Source of the DNA: a virus
Taxonomy: Duplodnaviria; Heunggongvirae; Uroviricota; Caudoviricetes
Length of the DNA stretch: 18,555 nt
IMG/VR virus record: IMGVR_UViG_2630968500_000002
Coordinates: 1 to 18,555 of that record
Strand: one strand, 5' to 3'
Position numbers and translations under genes: made by a program. The notes beneath the pieces were generated by a model, which did no database searches, was not told where the DNA came from, and saw nothing but the letters and a program-made list of their open reading frames with translations. Of the stretch, positions 7,248 through 16,063 are shown piece by piece (the stretch's first letter is position 1; each line of letters starts with the position of its first letter).

Positions 7248-8288
7248 TGACTGATTATTTTCTAAGCCATAATATTCAAATTTGACTACCTCTTCATCTA
7301 ACCATTCATTAATTTCGGCAATGCGTTTTTGTAAAGGCATCAGTTCATTCCGAACAAATACCCGGCTGGCTTTCTCCACATCCCCAAACCCCCCTACATT
7401 ATTAGGCATAATCCCCATCATCTGCGGCGGCACTCGGTGTGCTGCCATCATGTCGTCCCGGCTCACGTTCTTGATATTCAGAAACTCATCCTTCGCCGCG
7501 ACTTCTGACAACGGGATGATCTGAAGCCCGTCCTTTTTGCCGTTAGGCGAGTACATAAACAGATTGCGGAAGTTACCTGGTCCTTTGGCGCTTTTCATCG
7601 CATTGCGGAGGTTGTTCACATCCTCCTGGTTTTGCGCGGCATCGGTCATGTACATGATGAAGCCTGCATGACTGCCGTTAATGTAATACTTTCGACGGAA
7701 CAGCGTGGCGGACTCGTTGAGCAGGGCAGACGGAATTGCAGAAAGATAACCGGGCAGGCCGTAGATCTCCTGATTAATATCTGGTTCCATTAGATGAAAA
7801 ATGCTGCCTTTCGTGAACTGATACGGCTGGGTTGTCATACCGTATTGCACAAACCAGTAGGTATCCAGGTCTAACCCGCGTCGGGTGTATTTTGCCAGCG
7901 CAGGCTCAAGGGCGATAACTTCACCGAATCGGTTCGTGCGTTTCTCCAGGTAGGCGTTACCAAATACCAGATAGTCCTGCACAAAACGCGAAAAAGCCTG
8001 CTGGCTGAGCAGCGGATGAGGGATATAGGTACTGGTCAGAATGTTGCACTTTACTGCAATCGGGGAACTGTGATGCACGGCGGCGCGGAAGGTGCGCGCC
8101 AGTCCGTCAAAGCTGACGGGCGGCTCATACCAACGGTCCATCTGTACGCATTCCACATAGTCCAGCAGTTCACGGCGGTCCAGAACAGGAACGGGATCGC
8201 CGAAGCTGAATGCTTCGGCTGTAGTTTGACTTTTAAGCTGGATCTTTTTCGTCGCCGCAGCTCGGTTCTTCTTACTCTTTCCCATCAA
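7245..8288 (-). CDS. Q: Portal (capsid portal) protein, P2 gpQ-like
   Basis: 347 aa (P2 Q is of similar size as recalled); divergent from O-N-M-L and directly downstream of the terminase ATPase gene on the same strand, the canonical P2 Q-P arrangement. Confidence 0.85.
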   Translation of the reverse strand: MMGKSKKNRAAATKKIQLKSQTTAEAFSFGDPVPVLDRRELLDYVECVQMDRWYEPPVSFDGLARTFRAAVHHSSPIAVKCNILTSTYIPHPLLSQQAFSRFVQDYLVFGNAYLEKRTNRFGEVIALEPALAKYTRRGLDLDTYWFVQYGMTTQPYQFTKGSIFHLMEPDINQEIYGLPGYLSAIPSALLNESATLFRRKYYINGSHAGFIMYMTDAAQNQEDVNNLRNAMKSAKGPGNFRNLFMYSPNGKKDGLQIIPLSEVAAKDEFLNIKNVSRDDMMAAHRVPPQMMGIMPNNVGGFGDVEKASRVFVRNELMPLQKRIAEINEWLDEEVVKFEYYGLENNQS

Positions 8289-10051
8289 AAAATCTCCACA
8301 ATATTGCTGGTATTGGCGGATTCGCCCTGCAGCGGTTCGTTAAACAGTGCGTGCATCGTTGCCCATGCCAGATCGGCGTGGCTGGCTTCTTCGCTGCGGC
8401 TGGCTTCATAGGTCGGGCGGTTGCCACTGGCGGTGGTGGCGCGACGGATTGCCATAAATGACTGCGCAATGTCGGTATGTCCGGCGTCAAACTCCAGACG
8501 GCGGTGGCTGATAATGTCGTAGGCCTTGAGTACCAGGGCGTTTTTAACGTTGGGGTTGTAGACAAACTCCCGGACGGCAGGAAAGAACGCTTTCACGTTC
8601 TCGTAAACCCCGTGACCAACGCCGGTTGAGTCGATGCCGATGTAGGTCACGTTGTACTGCTCGGTCAGTTTTTTGATTGCGTCAGCCTGGGCGCGGAAGT
8701 CCATCCCGCGCCACTGGTGACGCTCAAGAATGCGGAACTTACCGCCCGGCACGGCTGGCGGTGCCACCACCACGCATCCGGCGCTGTCGCCGTTCTGCGT
8801 ACCTTTTGCCGGGTCATAACCGATCCACACTTCGCGCCAGCCAAACGGGCGCAGGGCCAGAGCATGAAAGTCGGTCCAGACTTCCCAACTGTCCACCATG
8901 CACGCCTGCAGCTCGCTGAGCGGAAACACGGACGCGAGATCGTCCACAAACTCGCACATCAGTAGGTTCTGGTATTCGTCCGGGCTGTACTCCATGCGCA
9001 ACTGGTCGAGGTCGAACAGGTTACAGCCGCCGCGCACCGCATCTTCCACAGTGACTATCTGGCGGTACTGCCCGTCTGCGCACAGCAGGCCGGGGGCCAG
9101 ATTGCTGTGGGACAGGTCGATGTCCACCTTATCGGCTTTGTTGCGCCCACGATTGAACAGCGCACCGGACCAGAACGGATAAGCACTGTGAGTCAGGCTG
9201 GATGGCGTGGAAAAATAGGTTTGTCGCCATTTTTTGTGAATAGCCATACCGGAAGCCACTTTGCGCAGCTCCTGGAATTTCGGTATCCAGAAATATTCAT
9301 CCAGATACAGGTTGCCGTGATAACTCTGGGCAGTGCGGGCATTGGTGCCGAGGAAGTAAAGCGTGGCCCCGTTAGGAAGCACCATCGGATCGCCTTTCAA
9401 CTCCACCTCCACTTCTTTGGCGAAGTCGATGATGTACTGCTTAAAGACGTGGGCCTGTGCCTTGCTGGCGGAAAGGAAAATCTGGTTACGTCCGGTAAGC
9501 AGGGCGTCAATCAGGGCTTCACGGGCAAAGTAAAAGGTCGCGCCGATCTGGCGTGACTTCAGCAGGTTGCGGATGCGGTTGGCTTTTCCGGCTTCCCACC
9601 AGTGGCGCTGGTAGTTGAACATGGAGGAATGGAAGATTTCTTCCAGCTTCTCAATCTGCTCATCGGTGAAAACATTCTTTTCCGGCTGACGGCGCGGGCC
9701 TTTGTTGCGGTTGGCGACGTTAGGGTTTAAGTCGGCTTCGTTGCCGCCATTGTTAAACTTGCCGATCCGCGCGTGGCGCTCCGACTGGCGCGCCAGCAGG
9801 TCAATCTCTTTGAAATCTTTCCCTTCTTTGTGCTCCTTCATAATGAGCTGGCAGTAGCGTGCGGCGGTGGTGAGCTGCATCTGATCCAGCGGCCCATAGT
9901 CACCCCACTTGTCGCGTTTTTTCCAGCTGTGAACAGTTGCAACTTTCTCGCCCAGCATTTCAGCAATGCGGGCGACGCGGTATCCCTGAAAGTACAGCAG
10001 CATGGCCTGCCGACGGGGATCGAGATCTGCGGGTGTCAGTGTGGTGTTCAT
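8285..10051 (-). CDS. P: Terminase ATPase (large) subunit, P2 gpP-like
   Basis: 588 aa, matching P2 gpP size as recalled; its stop overlaps the Q start; divergent from the scaffold gene O across a late-promoter region. Confidence 0.9.
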   Translation of the reverse strand: MNTTLTPADLDPRRQAMLLYFQGYRVARIAEMLGEKVATVHSWKKRDKWGDYGPLDQMQLTTAARYCQLIMKEHKEGKDFKEIDLLARQSERHARIGKFNNGGNEADLNPNVANRNKGPRRQPEKNVFTDEQIEKLEEIFHSSMFNYQRHWWEAGKANRIRNLLKSRQIGATFYFAREALIDALLTGRNQIFLSASKAQAHVFKQYIIDFAKEVEVELKGDPMVLPNGATLYFLGTNARTAQSYHGNLYLDEYFWIPKFQELRKVASGMAIHKKWRQTYFSTPSSLTHSAYPFWSGALFNRGRNKADKVDIDLSHSNLAPGLLCADGQYRQIVTVEDAVRGGCNLFDLDQLRMEYSPDEYQNLLMCEFVDDLASVFPLSELQACMVDSWEVWTDFHALALRPFGWREVWIGYDPAKGTQNGDSAGCVVVAPPAVPGGKFRILERHQWRGMDFRAQADAIKKLTEQYNVTYIGIDSTGVGHGVYENVKAFFPAVREFVYNPNVKNALVLKAYDIISHRRLEFDAGHTDIAQSFMAIRRATTASGNRPTYEASRSEEASHADLAWATMHALFNEPLQGESANTSNIVEIF

Positions 10052-10087
10052 GGCACAAACCTACAGCCTTGAATGAAGGCTTTCCCC

Positions 10088-10105
10088 GCCTGCGGTTTGT
10101 GTGGT
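10088..10105. promoter_or_regulatory. Candidate late-promoter activator site (TGT-N12-ACA) in the divergent P/O control region
   Basis: TGTGTGGTTGTCGGTACA read directly. P2/186 late promoters activated by Ogr/B carry a TGT-N12-ACA dyad centred near -55; this site lies about 95 nt upstream of the O start codon. Confidence 0.45.
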
Positions 10106-10193
10106 TGTCGGTACAAATACCGCGCATTGTTTCACTGCCCCCATCACCGCAACCATAAGGCTCCAGTAAGTTTTTTCTAACGGAGCACGGCTC

Positions 10194-11027
10194 ATGACAG
10201 TGAAAGCAAAGCGTTTTCGCATCGGGGTGGAAGGTGCCACCACCGACGGACGCGAAATCCAGCGTGAATGGCTGGAACAGATGGCAGCCAGCTACAACCC
10301 GGCGGTGTATACCGCGCTGATTAACCTTGAGCACATCAAGTCTTATCTGCCGGACAGCACCTTTAACCGCTACGGCAAGGTGACGGCGCTGTTTGCTGAA
10401 GAAATCACGGAAGGTCCGCTGGCAGGCAAGATGGCGCTGTATGCCGACGTTGAGCCAACGGAATCCCTGGTGGAACTGGTGAAAAAAGGCCAGAAATTAT
10501 TCACCTCTATGGAAGTCAGCCCGAAGTTTGCTGATACGGGCAAAGCCTACCTGGTCGGCCTGGCTGCCACTGATGACCCTGCCAGTCTGGGCACTGAAAT
10601 GCTGACATTCAGCGCCAGTGCAGCCCATAACCCGCTGGCAAACCGCAAGCAGAATCCCGCCAATCTCTTTACCGCCGCAGAGGAAACGGTGATCGAACTG
10701 GAAGAAATCCAGGAGGACAAGCCGTCCCTGTTTGCCCGCGTCACGGCACTGTTCACCAAAAAAGAGCAGTCCGACGATGCCCGGTTCTCTGATGTGCATA
10801 AGGCCGTGGAGCTGGTCGCCACTGAGCAGCAAAACCTGAGCGCACGCACCGAAAAATCCCTGTCTGAGCAGGAAGAACGTCTGTCTGAGCTGGAGACTGC
10901 CCTGCAGGCACAGCAGACCGCCTTTAACGAACTGGTGAATAAGCTGAGTCATGAAGACAGCCGCCAGGACTACCGCCAGCGTGCAACAGGCGGTAACGCC
11001 CCCGCTGACACTCTGACCAATTGCTGA
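10194..11027 (+). CDS. O: Capsid scaffolding protein, P2 gpO-like
   Basis: 277 aa; CGGAG RBS 8 nt upstream of the ATG; first gene of the rightward late operon preceding the major capsid gene; acidic coiled-coil-rich C-terminal half typical of scaffold proteins. Confidence 0.85.
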   Translation: MTVKAKRFRIGVEGATTDGREIQREWLEQMAASYNPAVYTALINLEHIKSYLPDSTFNRYGKVTALFAEEITEGPLAGKMALYADVEPTESLVELVKKGQKLFTSMEVSPKFADTGKAYLVGLAATDDPASLGTEMLTFSASAAHNPLANRKQNPANLFTAAEETVIELEEIQEDKPSLFARVTALFTKKEQSDDARFSDVHKAVELVATEQQNLSARTEKSLSEQEERLSELETALQAQQTAFNELVNKLSHEDSRQDYRQRATGGNAPADTLTNC

Positions 11028-11043
11028 TGGAGCACAAAACCCG

Positions 11044-12102
11044 ATGAAGAAGAATACCCGCTTTGCTTTTAACGCTTACCTGCAGCAGCTGGCGCGTCTG
11101 AACGGTGTGGCCGTTGAAGAACTGTCCAGCAAGTTCACTGTAGAGCCGTCTGTGCAGCAGACGCTGGAAGATCAGATCCAGCAGTCCGCCGCATTCCTGA
11201 CGCTGATTAACGTCACGCCAGTGACTGAGCAGTCTGGTCAGTTGCTGGGGCTGGGTGTTGGCAGCACCATTGCCGGAACCACTGATACCACAGCTAAAGA
11301 GCGTGAGCCTGTCGATCCGACGCTGATGGTCGATGTGGAATATAAATGCGAGCAGACTAACTTTGACACGGTGCTGACCTACGCGAAGCTGGACCTGTGG
11401 GCGAAGTTTCAGGATTTCCAGGTGCGTATCCGTGACGCCATCGTGAAACGTCAGGCACTGGACCGCATCATGATCGGCTTTAACGGCGTGAAGCGTGCGA
11501 AAACCTCCAACCGTAGCGAAAACCCGCTGCTGCAGGATGTGAACAAAGGCTGGCTGCAGAAAATCCGTGAAGATGCACCGGATCACGTCATGGGCAGCAC
11601 CACCACGGGCGGTGAAACCACACCGGGTGCGGTGAAAGTCGGTAAAGGTGGCGAATATGCCAACCTGGACGCAGTGGTGATGGATGCCGTCAATGAGCTT
11701 ATCGACGTGGTCTACCAGGACGATGACGATCTGGTGGTGATTTGCGGTCGTGAACTGCTGTCTGACAAGTATTTCCCGCTGGTCAACAAAGAGCAGGAAA
11801 ACAGTGAAAAACTGGCTGCCGATATGATCATCAGCCAGAAACGCATGGGTGGCCTGCAGGCCGTGCGTGCGCCGTTCTTCCCGCCGAATGCGCTGCTGAT
11901 CACCCGTCTGGATAACCTGTCCATCTACTGGCAGGAAGACACCCGCCGCCGTTCAGTTATCGACAACCCGAAACGTGACCGGATTGAAAACTTTGAATCC
12001 GTTAACGAAGCCTATGTGGTTGAGGACTACCGCTGCGCCGCACTGGTGGAAAACATCCAGATTGGTGACTTCAGCGCCGCCGCAGCAGAAACCGGAGCGT
12101 AA
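11044..12102 (+). CDS. N: Major capsid protein, P2 gpN-like
   Basis: 352 aa, immediately downstream of the scaffold gene; size and position match P2 N. Confidence 0.9.
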   Translation: MKKNTRFAFNAYLQQLARLNGVAVEELSSKFTVEPSVQQTLEDQIQQSAAFLTLINVTPVTEQSGQLLGLGVGSTIAGTTDTTAKEREPVDPTLMVDVEYKCEQTNFDTVLTYAKLDLWAKFQDFQVRIRDAIVKRQALDRIMIGFNGVKRAKTSNRSENPLLQDVNKGWLQKIREDAPDHVMGSTTTGGETTPGAVKVGKGGEYANLDAVVMDAVNELIDVVYQDDDDLVVICGRELLSDKYFPLVNKEQENSEKLAADMIISQKRMGGLQAVRAPFFPPNALLITRLDNLSIYWQEDTRRRSVIDNPKRDRIENFESVNEAYVVEDYRCAALVENIQIGDFSAAAAETGA

Positions 12103-12105
12103 TTC

Positions 12106-12756
12106 ATGAGCCTGAGTCCCGCACGGCAGCATCGCCTGCGCGTTCAGGCTGAACAGGCCGCTCGCGAGGGTGGCAGTGTTCGCCACGCGTCGGGCTATGA
12201 CCTGATGCTGCTGCAACTGGCGGAAGACCGCCGCCGTCTCAAGGGCGTTCAGTCCACGGTCAAAAAAGCGGAAATCAAGGTGGAGCTGCTGCCGAAGTAC
12301 GCCGCCTGGGCGGAGGGCGTCCTGGCTGCCGGAGGCGCTCAACAGGATGACGTGCTGATGTACGTGATGCTGTGGCGCATTGATGCCGGAGATTATGCCG
12401 GGGCGCTGGAGATCGGGCGTCATGCCCTGCGTCATGGCTGGGTGATGCCGCTGGGTAACCGCAACGTGCAGACCGTGCTGGCAGAGGAAATGGCAGATGC
12501 AGCGCAGAGCGCAATGCTTGCCGCCACCGACTTTGATGCCGATCTGTTACTGCAGACGCTGGAGCTGACAGACGGTCTGGATATGCCGGACCAGTCACGG
12601 GCGCGTCTGCATAAAGCGATTGGCGCTGTCCTGAGTGAAAGCAATCCGGCTTCCGCCCTTAATCATCTCAACCATGCGTTACAGCTCGATCCCCGCTGTG
12701 GCGTGAAAAAAGACAAACAGCAGCTGGAGCGCAGACTGCGCAATGACAGCCGCTGA
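12106..12756 (+). CDS. M: Terminase endonuclease (small) subunit, P2 gpM-like
   Basis: 216 aa following N by 3 nt with a GGAG RBS; position matches P2 M. Confidence 0.8.
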   Translation: MSLSPARQHRLRVQAEQAAREGGSVRHASGYDLMLLQLAEDRRRLKGVQSTVKKAEIKVELLPKYAAWAEGVLAAGGAQQDDVLMYVMLWRIDAGDYAGALEIGRHALRHGWVMPLGNRNVQTVLAEEMADAAQSAMLAATDFDADLLLQTLELTDGLDMPDQSRARLHKAIGAVLSESNPASALNHLNHALQLDPRCGVKKDKQQLERRLRNDSR

Positions 12757-12851
12757 CAGAACGTGCCCCCGCGCACGGGCGGCACGGGGTGGCGAAAGGC
12801 ACTGCCACATCAAAATCCCGTCCACCGCCCTCTATTTCAGGAGAAAGCAGC

Positions 12852-13316
12852 ATGAAGTTTGTTGCGCCAGAACAGGCACCGGAACAGGCGGAAATCATCA
12901 GAAATACGCCGTTCTGGCCTGATGTGGACCTGTCGGAGTTTCGCTGTGTCATGCGCACTGACGGCACGGTGACGCAGCCGCGTTTAAAGCAGGTTGCCCT
13001 GTCGGCAATTTCGGAGGTCAACGCAGAGCTGTATGAGTTTCGCAGACGTCAGCAGATGCTGGGATATGCCTCGCTGGCAGAGGTTCCGGCGGAACAGCTG
13101 GACGGCAAAAGTGAGCGCATTCATCACTATTTCAACGCGGTTTACTGCTGGGCACGCGCCATGCTCAACGAGCGTTATCAGGACTATGACGCCACGGCAT
13201 CCGGTGTGAAGCGGGGCGAGGAACTGGCGGAAGCAAGCGGTGATTTGTGGCGTGACGCCCGCTGGGCCATCAGCCGGGTGCAGGATGCGCCGCACTGCAC
13301 AGTGGAGCTTATCTGA
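12852..13316 (+). CDS. L: Head completion/stabilisation protein, P2 gpL-like
   Basis: ATG at 12852 with AGGAGAAAG RBS; the ORF-track start at 12789 is an upstream extension. About 155 aa; stop overlaps the X start (TGATG). Confidence 0.8.
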   Translation: MKFVAPEQAPEQAEIIRNTPFWPDVDLSEFRCVMRTDGTVTQPRLKQVALSAISEVNAELYEFRRRQQMLGYASLAEVPAEQLDGKSERIHHYFNAVYCWARAMLNERYQDYDATASGVKRGEELAEASGDLWRDARWAISRVQDAPHCTVELI

Positions 13317-13519
13317 TGAAAGTGCGTGCGCATCAGTATGACACGGTGGACGCGCTTTGCTGGCGTCATTACGGGCGCACGCAGGGTGTCACGGAGCAGG
13401 TACTGAAGGCAAATCCGGGGCTTGCCGAATACGGCCCCTTTTTACCTCACGGGCTGCAGGTGGAGCTGCCGGACATTCCGACAACCACCACCGTGCAGAC
13501 CGTCCAGCTATGGGACTGA
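13316..13519 (+). CDS. X: Tail protein X, P2 gpX-like
   Basis: 67 aa, same size as P2 gpX as recalled; located between L and the lysis cassette. Confidence 0.8.
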   Translation: MKVRAHQYDTVDALCWRHYGRTQGVTEQVLKANPGLAEYGPFLPHGLQVELPDIPTTTTVQTVQLWD

Positions 13520-13522
13520 ATT

Positions 13523-13738
13523 ATGACGCTTGAGCGAATCAGCGCCTTTATCACGTATTGCATCGCCGTCGTGCTGGCCTGGCTGGGCGATTTGTCCATC
13601 AAGGATGCCTCAACGCTGGGCGGCCTGATGATTGGTGTACTGATGCTGGCTATCAACTGGTACTACAAACACAAAGCCTACCAGCTTCTGCGCGACGGGC
13701 AGATCTCGCGGGAGGACTATGAATCCATCAATCGTTAA
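13523..13738 (+). CDS. Holin (small two-TM, pinholin-like)
   Basis: 71 aa with two hydrophobic segments (ISAFITYCIAVVLAWLG and LGGLMIGVLMLAINWYY) and a charged C-terminus; immediately upstream of and overlapping a SAR endolysin gene. Confidence 0.7.
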   Translation: MTLERISAFITYCIAVVLAWLGDLSIKDASTLGGLMIGVLMLAINWYYKHKAYQLLRDGQISREDYESINR

Positions 13739-14231
13739 ACGCTGCCTTGTCGGGGCCGTGCTGGCTATTGCTGCCACGCTGCCGGGTTTTCAGCAGCTTC
13801 ACACCTCCGTGGAGGGGCTGAAACTGATTGCTGATTACGAAGGCTGTCGTCTGCAGCCGTATCAGTGCAGCGCGGGTGTCTGGACCGACGGCATTGGTAA
13901 TACGTCGGGCGTCATTCCCGGCAAAACCATTACGGAGCGACAGGCAGCAGAAGGGCTGATCTCCAACGTGCTGCGTGTGGAGCGGGCGCTGGAAAGGTGT
14001 GTGAAGCAACAGCCGCCGCAGAAGGTGTATGACGCTGCGGTGTCGTTTGCCTTCAACGTGGGAACGGGCAATGCCTGCAGTTCCACACTGGTGAAATTAC
14101 TCAATCAGCGGCGCTGGGCGGATGCGTGCCGACAGTTGCCGCGCTGGGTTTATGTGAAAGGTGTTTTTAATCAGGGGCTGGATAACCGCCGTGCGCGGGA
14201 GATGGCCTGGTGCTTACAGGGAGCAAACTGA
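13719..14231 (+). CDS. SAR endolysin (T4-lysozyme-like muramidase with N-terminal signal-anchor-release domain)
   Basis: N-terminal G/A-rich weakly hydrophobic segment CLVGAVLAIAATLPGF, then an E-x8-D-x5-T catalytic triad (EGLKLIADYEGCRLQ...WTDGIGNT), as in phage 21 R-type SAR lysozymes; GGGAGGA RBS; 170 aa. Confidence 0.85.
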   Translation: MNPSIVKRCLVGAVLAIAATLPGFQQLHTSVEGLKLIADYEGCRLQPYQCSAGVWTDGIGNTSGVIPGKTITERQAAEGLISNVLRVERALERCVKQQPPQKVYDAAVSFAFNVGTGNACSSTLVKLLNQRRWADACRQLPRWVYVKGVFNQGLDNRRAREMAWCLQGAN

Positions 14232-14232
14232 A

Positions 14233-14610
14233 ATGAAAAAGAAAGTAATCAGCGGGCTGTTTCTGATGTTATGGATGGCGCTGTTGATCGCAGCAATGGT
14301 GTATCCACAGGGGATTTTTCCGGTACTGGCAGCGTCCGGTGTCTGGGTAGCCTGTCTGCTGACATGGGCGGTAATTCCGGTAGCACTGGCTGCGTTAATT
14401 AAGAACGGCCCGCTCTGGCAGGAGTTGAGGGCATCTTTGCTAAAGACCATTACCCGAAAAGAAAACGTATTTATCAGCTGGGTGATGCGATTGCTGATTG
14501 TCGTAAGTTTTGCCTGGACGGGGTGGGCTATTACCCTGGTCTTTTATCTGCTGACCGTTATTGCCTTCTGGATGATCCGTAATCAGATTGCGCAACAGGT
14601 AGCAGCATGA
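14233..14610 (+). CDS. lysA: LysA-like membrane protein (lysis timing/holin accessory)
   Basis: 125 aa, multiple hydrophobic helices; follows the endolysin as lysA does in P2. Confidence 0.6.
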   Translation: MKKKVISGLFLMLWMALLIAAMVYPQGIFPVLAASGVWVACLLTWAVIPVALAALIKNGPLWQELRASLLKTITRKENVFISWVMRLLIVVSFAWTGWAITLVFYLLTVIAFWMIRNQIAQQVAA

Positions 14611-15035
14611 ACCGGTTGCTGCTGGTTGTGCTGGCGTTATTACTGGCGGCGCTGGGCTGGCAGACGTGGCGGCTGGCTGATGCCAGCCAGACCATCAGCA
14701 CGCAGGCAGACGAGCTTCGGAGCAAAAGCCAGGCACTGGCAAAGAGCAACAGCCAGCTTATCAGCCTGTCCATTCTGACTGAAACCAATAACCGGGAGCA
14801 GGCGCGGCTCTATGCCGAAGCAGAACAGACCAGTGTACTGCTGAGACAACGACAACACCGGATTGAGGAACTGAAACGTGAGAACGAGGATTTACGCCGC
14901 TGGGCTGATACTCCTGTGCCTGCTGACATTATCCGGCTGCGGGAACGCCCCACACTCACCGGAGGTGCAGCTTACCGTCAGTGGTTGTCCGCGAGTGACG
15001 CCGTGTCGGCTGGGGCAGGCAGCGCCGCGCACTAA
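14607..15035 (+). CDS. lysB: LysB-like inner-membrane spanin (i-spanin, Rz-like)
   Basis: 142 aa; N-terminal TM (LLLVVLALLLAALGW) and coiled-coil periplasmic domain; contains the embedded start of an o-spanin gene in the +1 frame. Confidence 0.8.
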   Translation: MNRLLLVVLALLLAALGWQTWRLADASQTISTQADELRSKSQALAKSNSQLISLSILTETNNREQARLYAEAEQTSVLLRQRQHRIEELKRENEDLRRWADTPVPADIIRLRERPTLTGGAAYRQWLSASDAVSAGAGSAAH

Positions 15036-15168
15036 CGGTGACCTGAACGCGTTGCTGGATGAAACGGAGGCCGCCTGGGCGGTCTGTGCAGACAAAGTGG
15101 ACATGATTATTGCGTGTCAGGAGCGAAACAGTGAACAAACCACAATCCCTGCGCCACGCCCTCAATAA
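14878..15168 (+). CDS. lysC: LysC-like outer-membrane lipoprotein spanin (o-spanin, Rz1-like)
   Basis: GTG start at 14878 with GAGGAA RBS; lipobox LTLSGC after a hydrophobic signal; Pro-rich C-terminus; starts inside lysB in another frame and extends past it. 96 aa. Confidence 0.75.
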   Translation: MRTRIYAAGLILLCLLTLSGCGNAPHSPEVQLTVSGCPRVTPCRLGQAAPRTNGDLNALLDETEAAWAVCADKVDMIIACQERNSEQTTIPAPRPQ

Positions 15169-15562
15169 AGCGGTGCCTTATGTCCGCAATAACCCGGACA
15201 AACTGCATCTGTTTGTGGATAACGGTTCGCTGGTTGCCACGGGGGCCAGCTCCATGTCATGGGAGTACCGCTATACCCTGAACGTGGTGATAGAGGATTT
15301 CAGCGGCGACCAGAATCTGCTGATGGCCCCGGTTTTACTGTGGCTTCGGGATAACCAGCCCGATGCCATCTATAACCCGGCGTTACGGGAAAAGCTATTC
15401 ACCTTTGAGGTGGATATTTTGCGCAACGATGTCTGTGATATCAGCCTTAACCTGCAACTGACGGAACGTGTGCTGGTCAGTACTGACGGCAGTGTGTCGA
15501 GCGTTGAAGCTGTAGCAGAACCCGATGAACCTGAAGAAATGTGGACGGTGAAACGTGGCTGA
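15131..15562 (+). CDS. R: Tail completion protein R, P2 gpR-like
   Basis: GTG at 15131 preceded by AGGAG (15119-15123); the ORF-track TTG start at 15110 is less likely. About 143 aa; position after the lysis genes matches P2. Confidence 0.75.
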   Translation: MNKPQSLRHALNKAVPYVRNNPDKLHLFVDNGSLVATGASSMSWEYRYTLNVVIEDFSGDQNLLMAPVLLWLRDNQPDAIYNPALREKLFTFEVDILRNDVCDISLNLQLTERVLVSTDGSVSSVEAVAEPDEPEEMWTVKRG

Positions 15563-16001
15563 ACTGCAGAAGGTGGACGACTGGCTGAGTGCCTTGCTGG
15601 CGAATCTGGAACCAGCCACGAGAAGCCGCATGATGCGCCAGCTGGCGCAGGAACTGCGCCGGACACAGCAGCAGAATATCAGGATGCAGCGCAATCCAGA
15701 TGGCAGCAGTTATGAACCGCGCAGGGTAACAGCACGCAGCAAAAAAGGCCGCATCAAACGTCAGATGTTTGCAAAGCTGCGCACCACAAAATACCTGAAA
15801 ACTGCCGCCAGCGCCGACTCTGCCAGCGTACAGTTTGAAGGCAAGGTGCAGCGTATTGCCCGTGTTCACCATTACGGCCTGCGCGATCGCGTCAGTCGCA
15901 AAGGACCGGAAGTGCGTTATGCAGAGCGGCGGTTGCTTGGTATCAATAACAAGATGCAGTCTGTCATTGGAGATATATTGCATCAGTGGCTGTTTAAATG
16001 A
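15555..16001 (+). CDS. S: Tail completion protein S, P2 gpS-like
   Basis: 148 aa, GTG start overlapping the R stop; last gene of the O-operon-equivalent in P2 order. Confidence 0.75.
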   Translation: MAELQKVDDWLSALLANLEPATRSRMMRQLAQELRRTQQQNIRMQRNPDGSSYEPRRVTARSKKGRIKRQMFAKLRTTKYLKTAASADSASVQFEGKVQRIARVHHYGLRDRVSRKGPEVRYAERRLLGINNKMQSVIGDILHQWLFK

Positions 16002-16027
16002 GCCAACTAATTTGGTTAATCTAATTT

Positions 16028-16063
16028 ATTCGTTGTTAACGAATATCATATTTTTAATTTTTT
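16028..16063 (+). terminator. Putative rho-independent terminator at the end of the late operon after S
   Basis: Hairpin ATTCGTT-GTT-AACGAAT (16028-16044) followed by a T-rich tract (ATTTTTAATTTTTTA). Confidence 0.45.

Noticed and set aside
8272-12644. Numerous antisense or alternate-frame ORFs across the portal, terminase and capsid genes (e.g. 8665-8949, 9107-9556, 10497-10952, 10924-11586, 11953-12435, 12275-12598)
   Set aside because: Overlapped entirely by the P2-like structural genes; Arg/Ala/Pro-rich translations are characteristic of non-coding frames in high-GC sequence; no independent start or RBS context.
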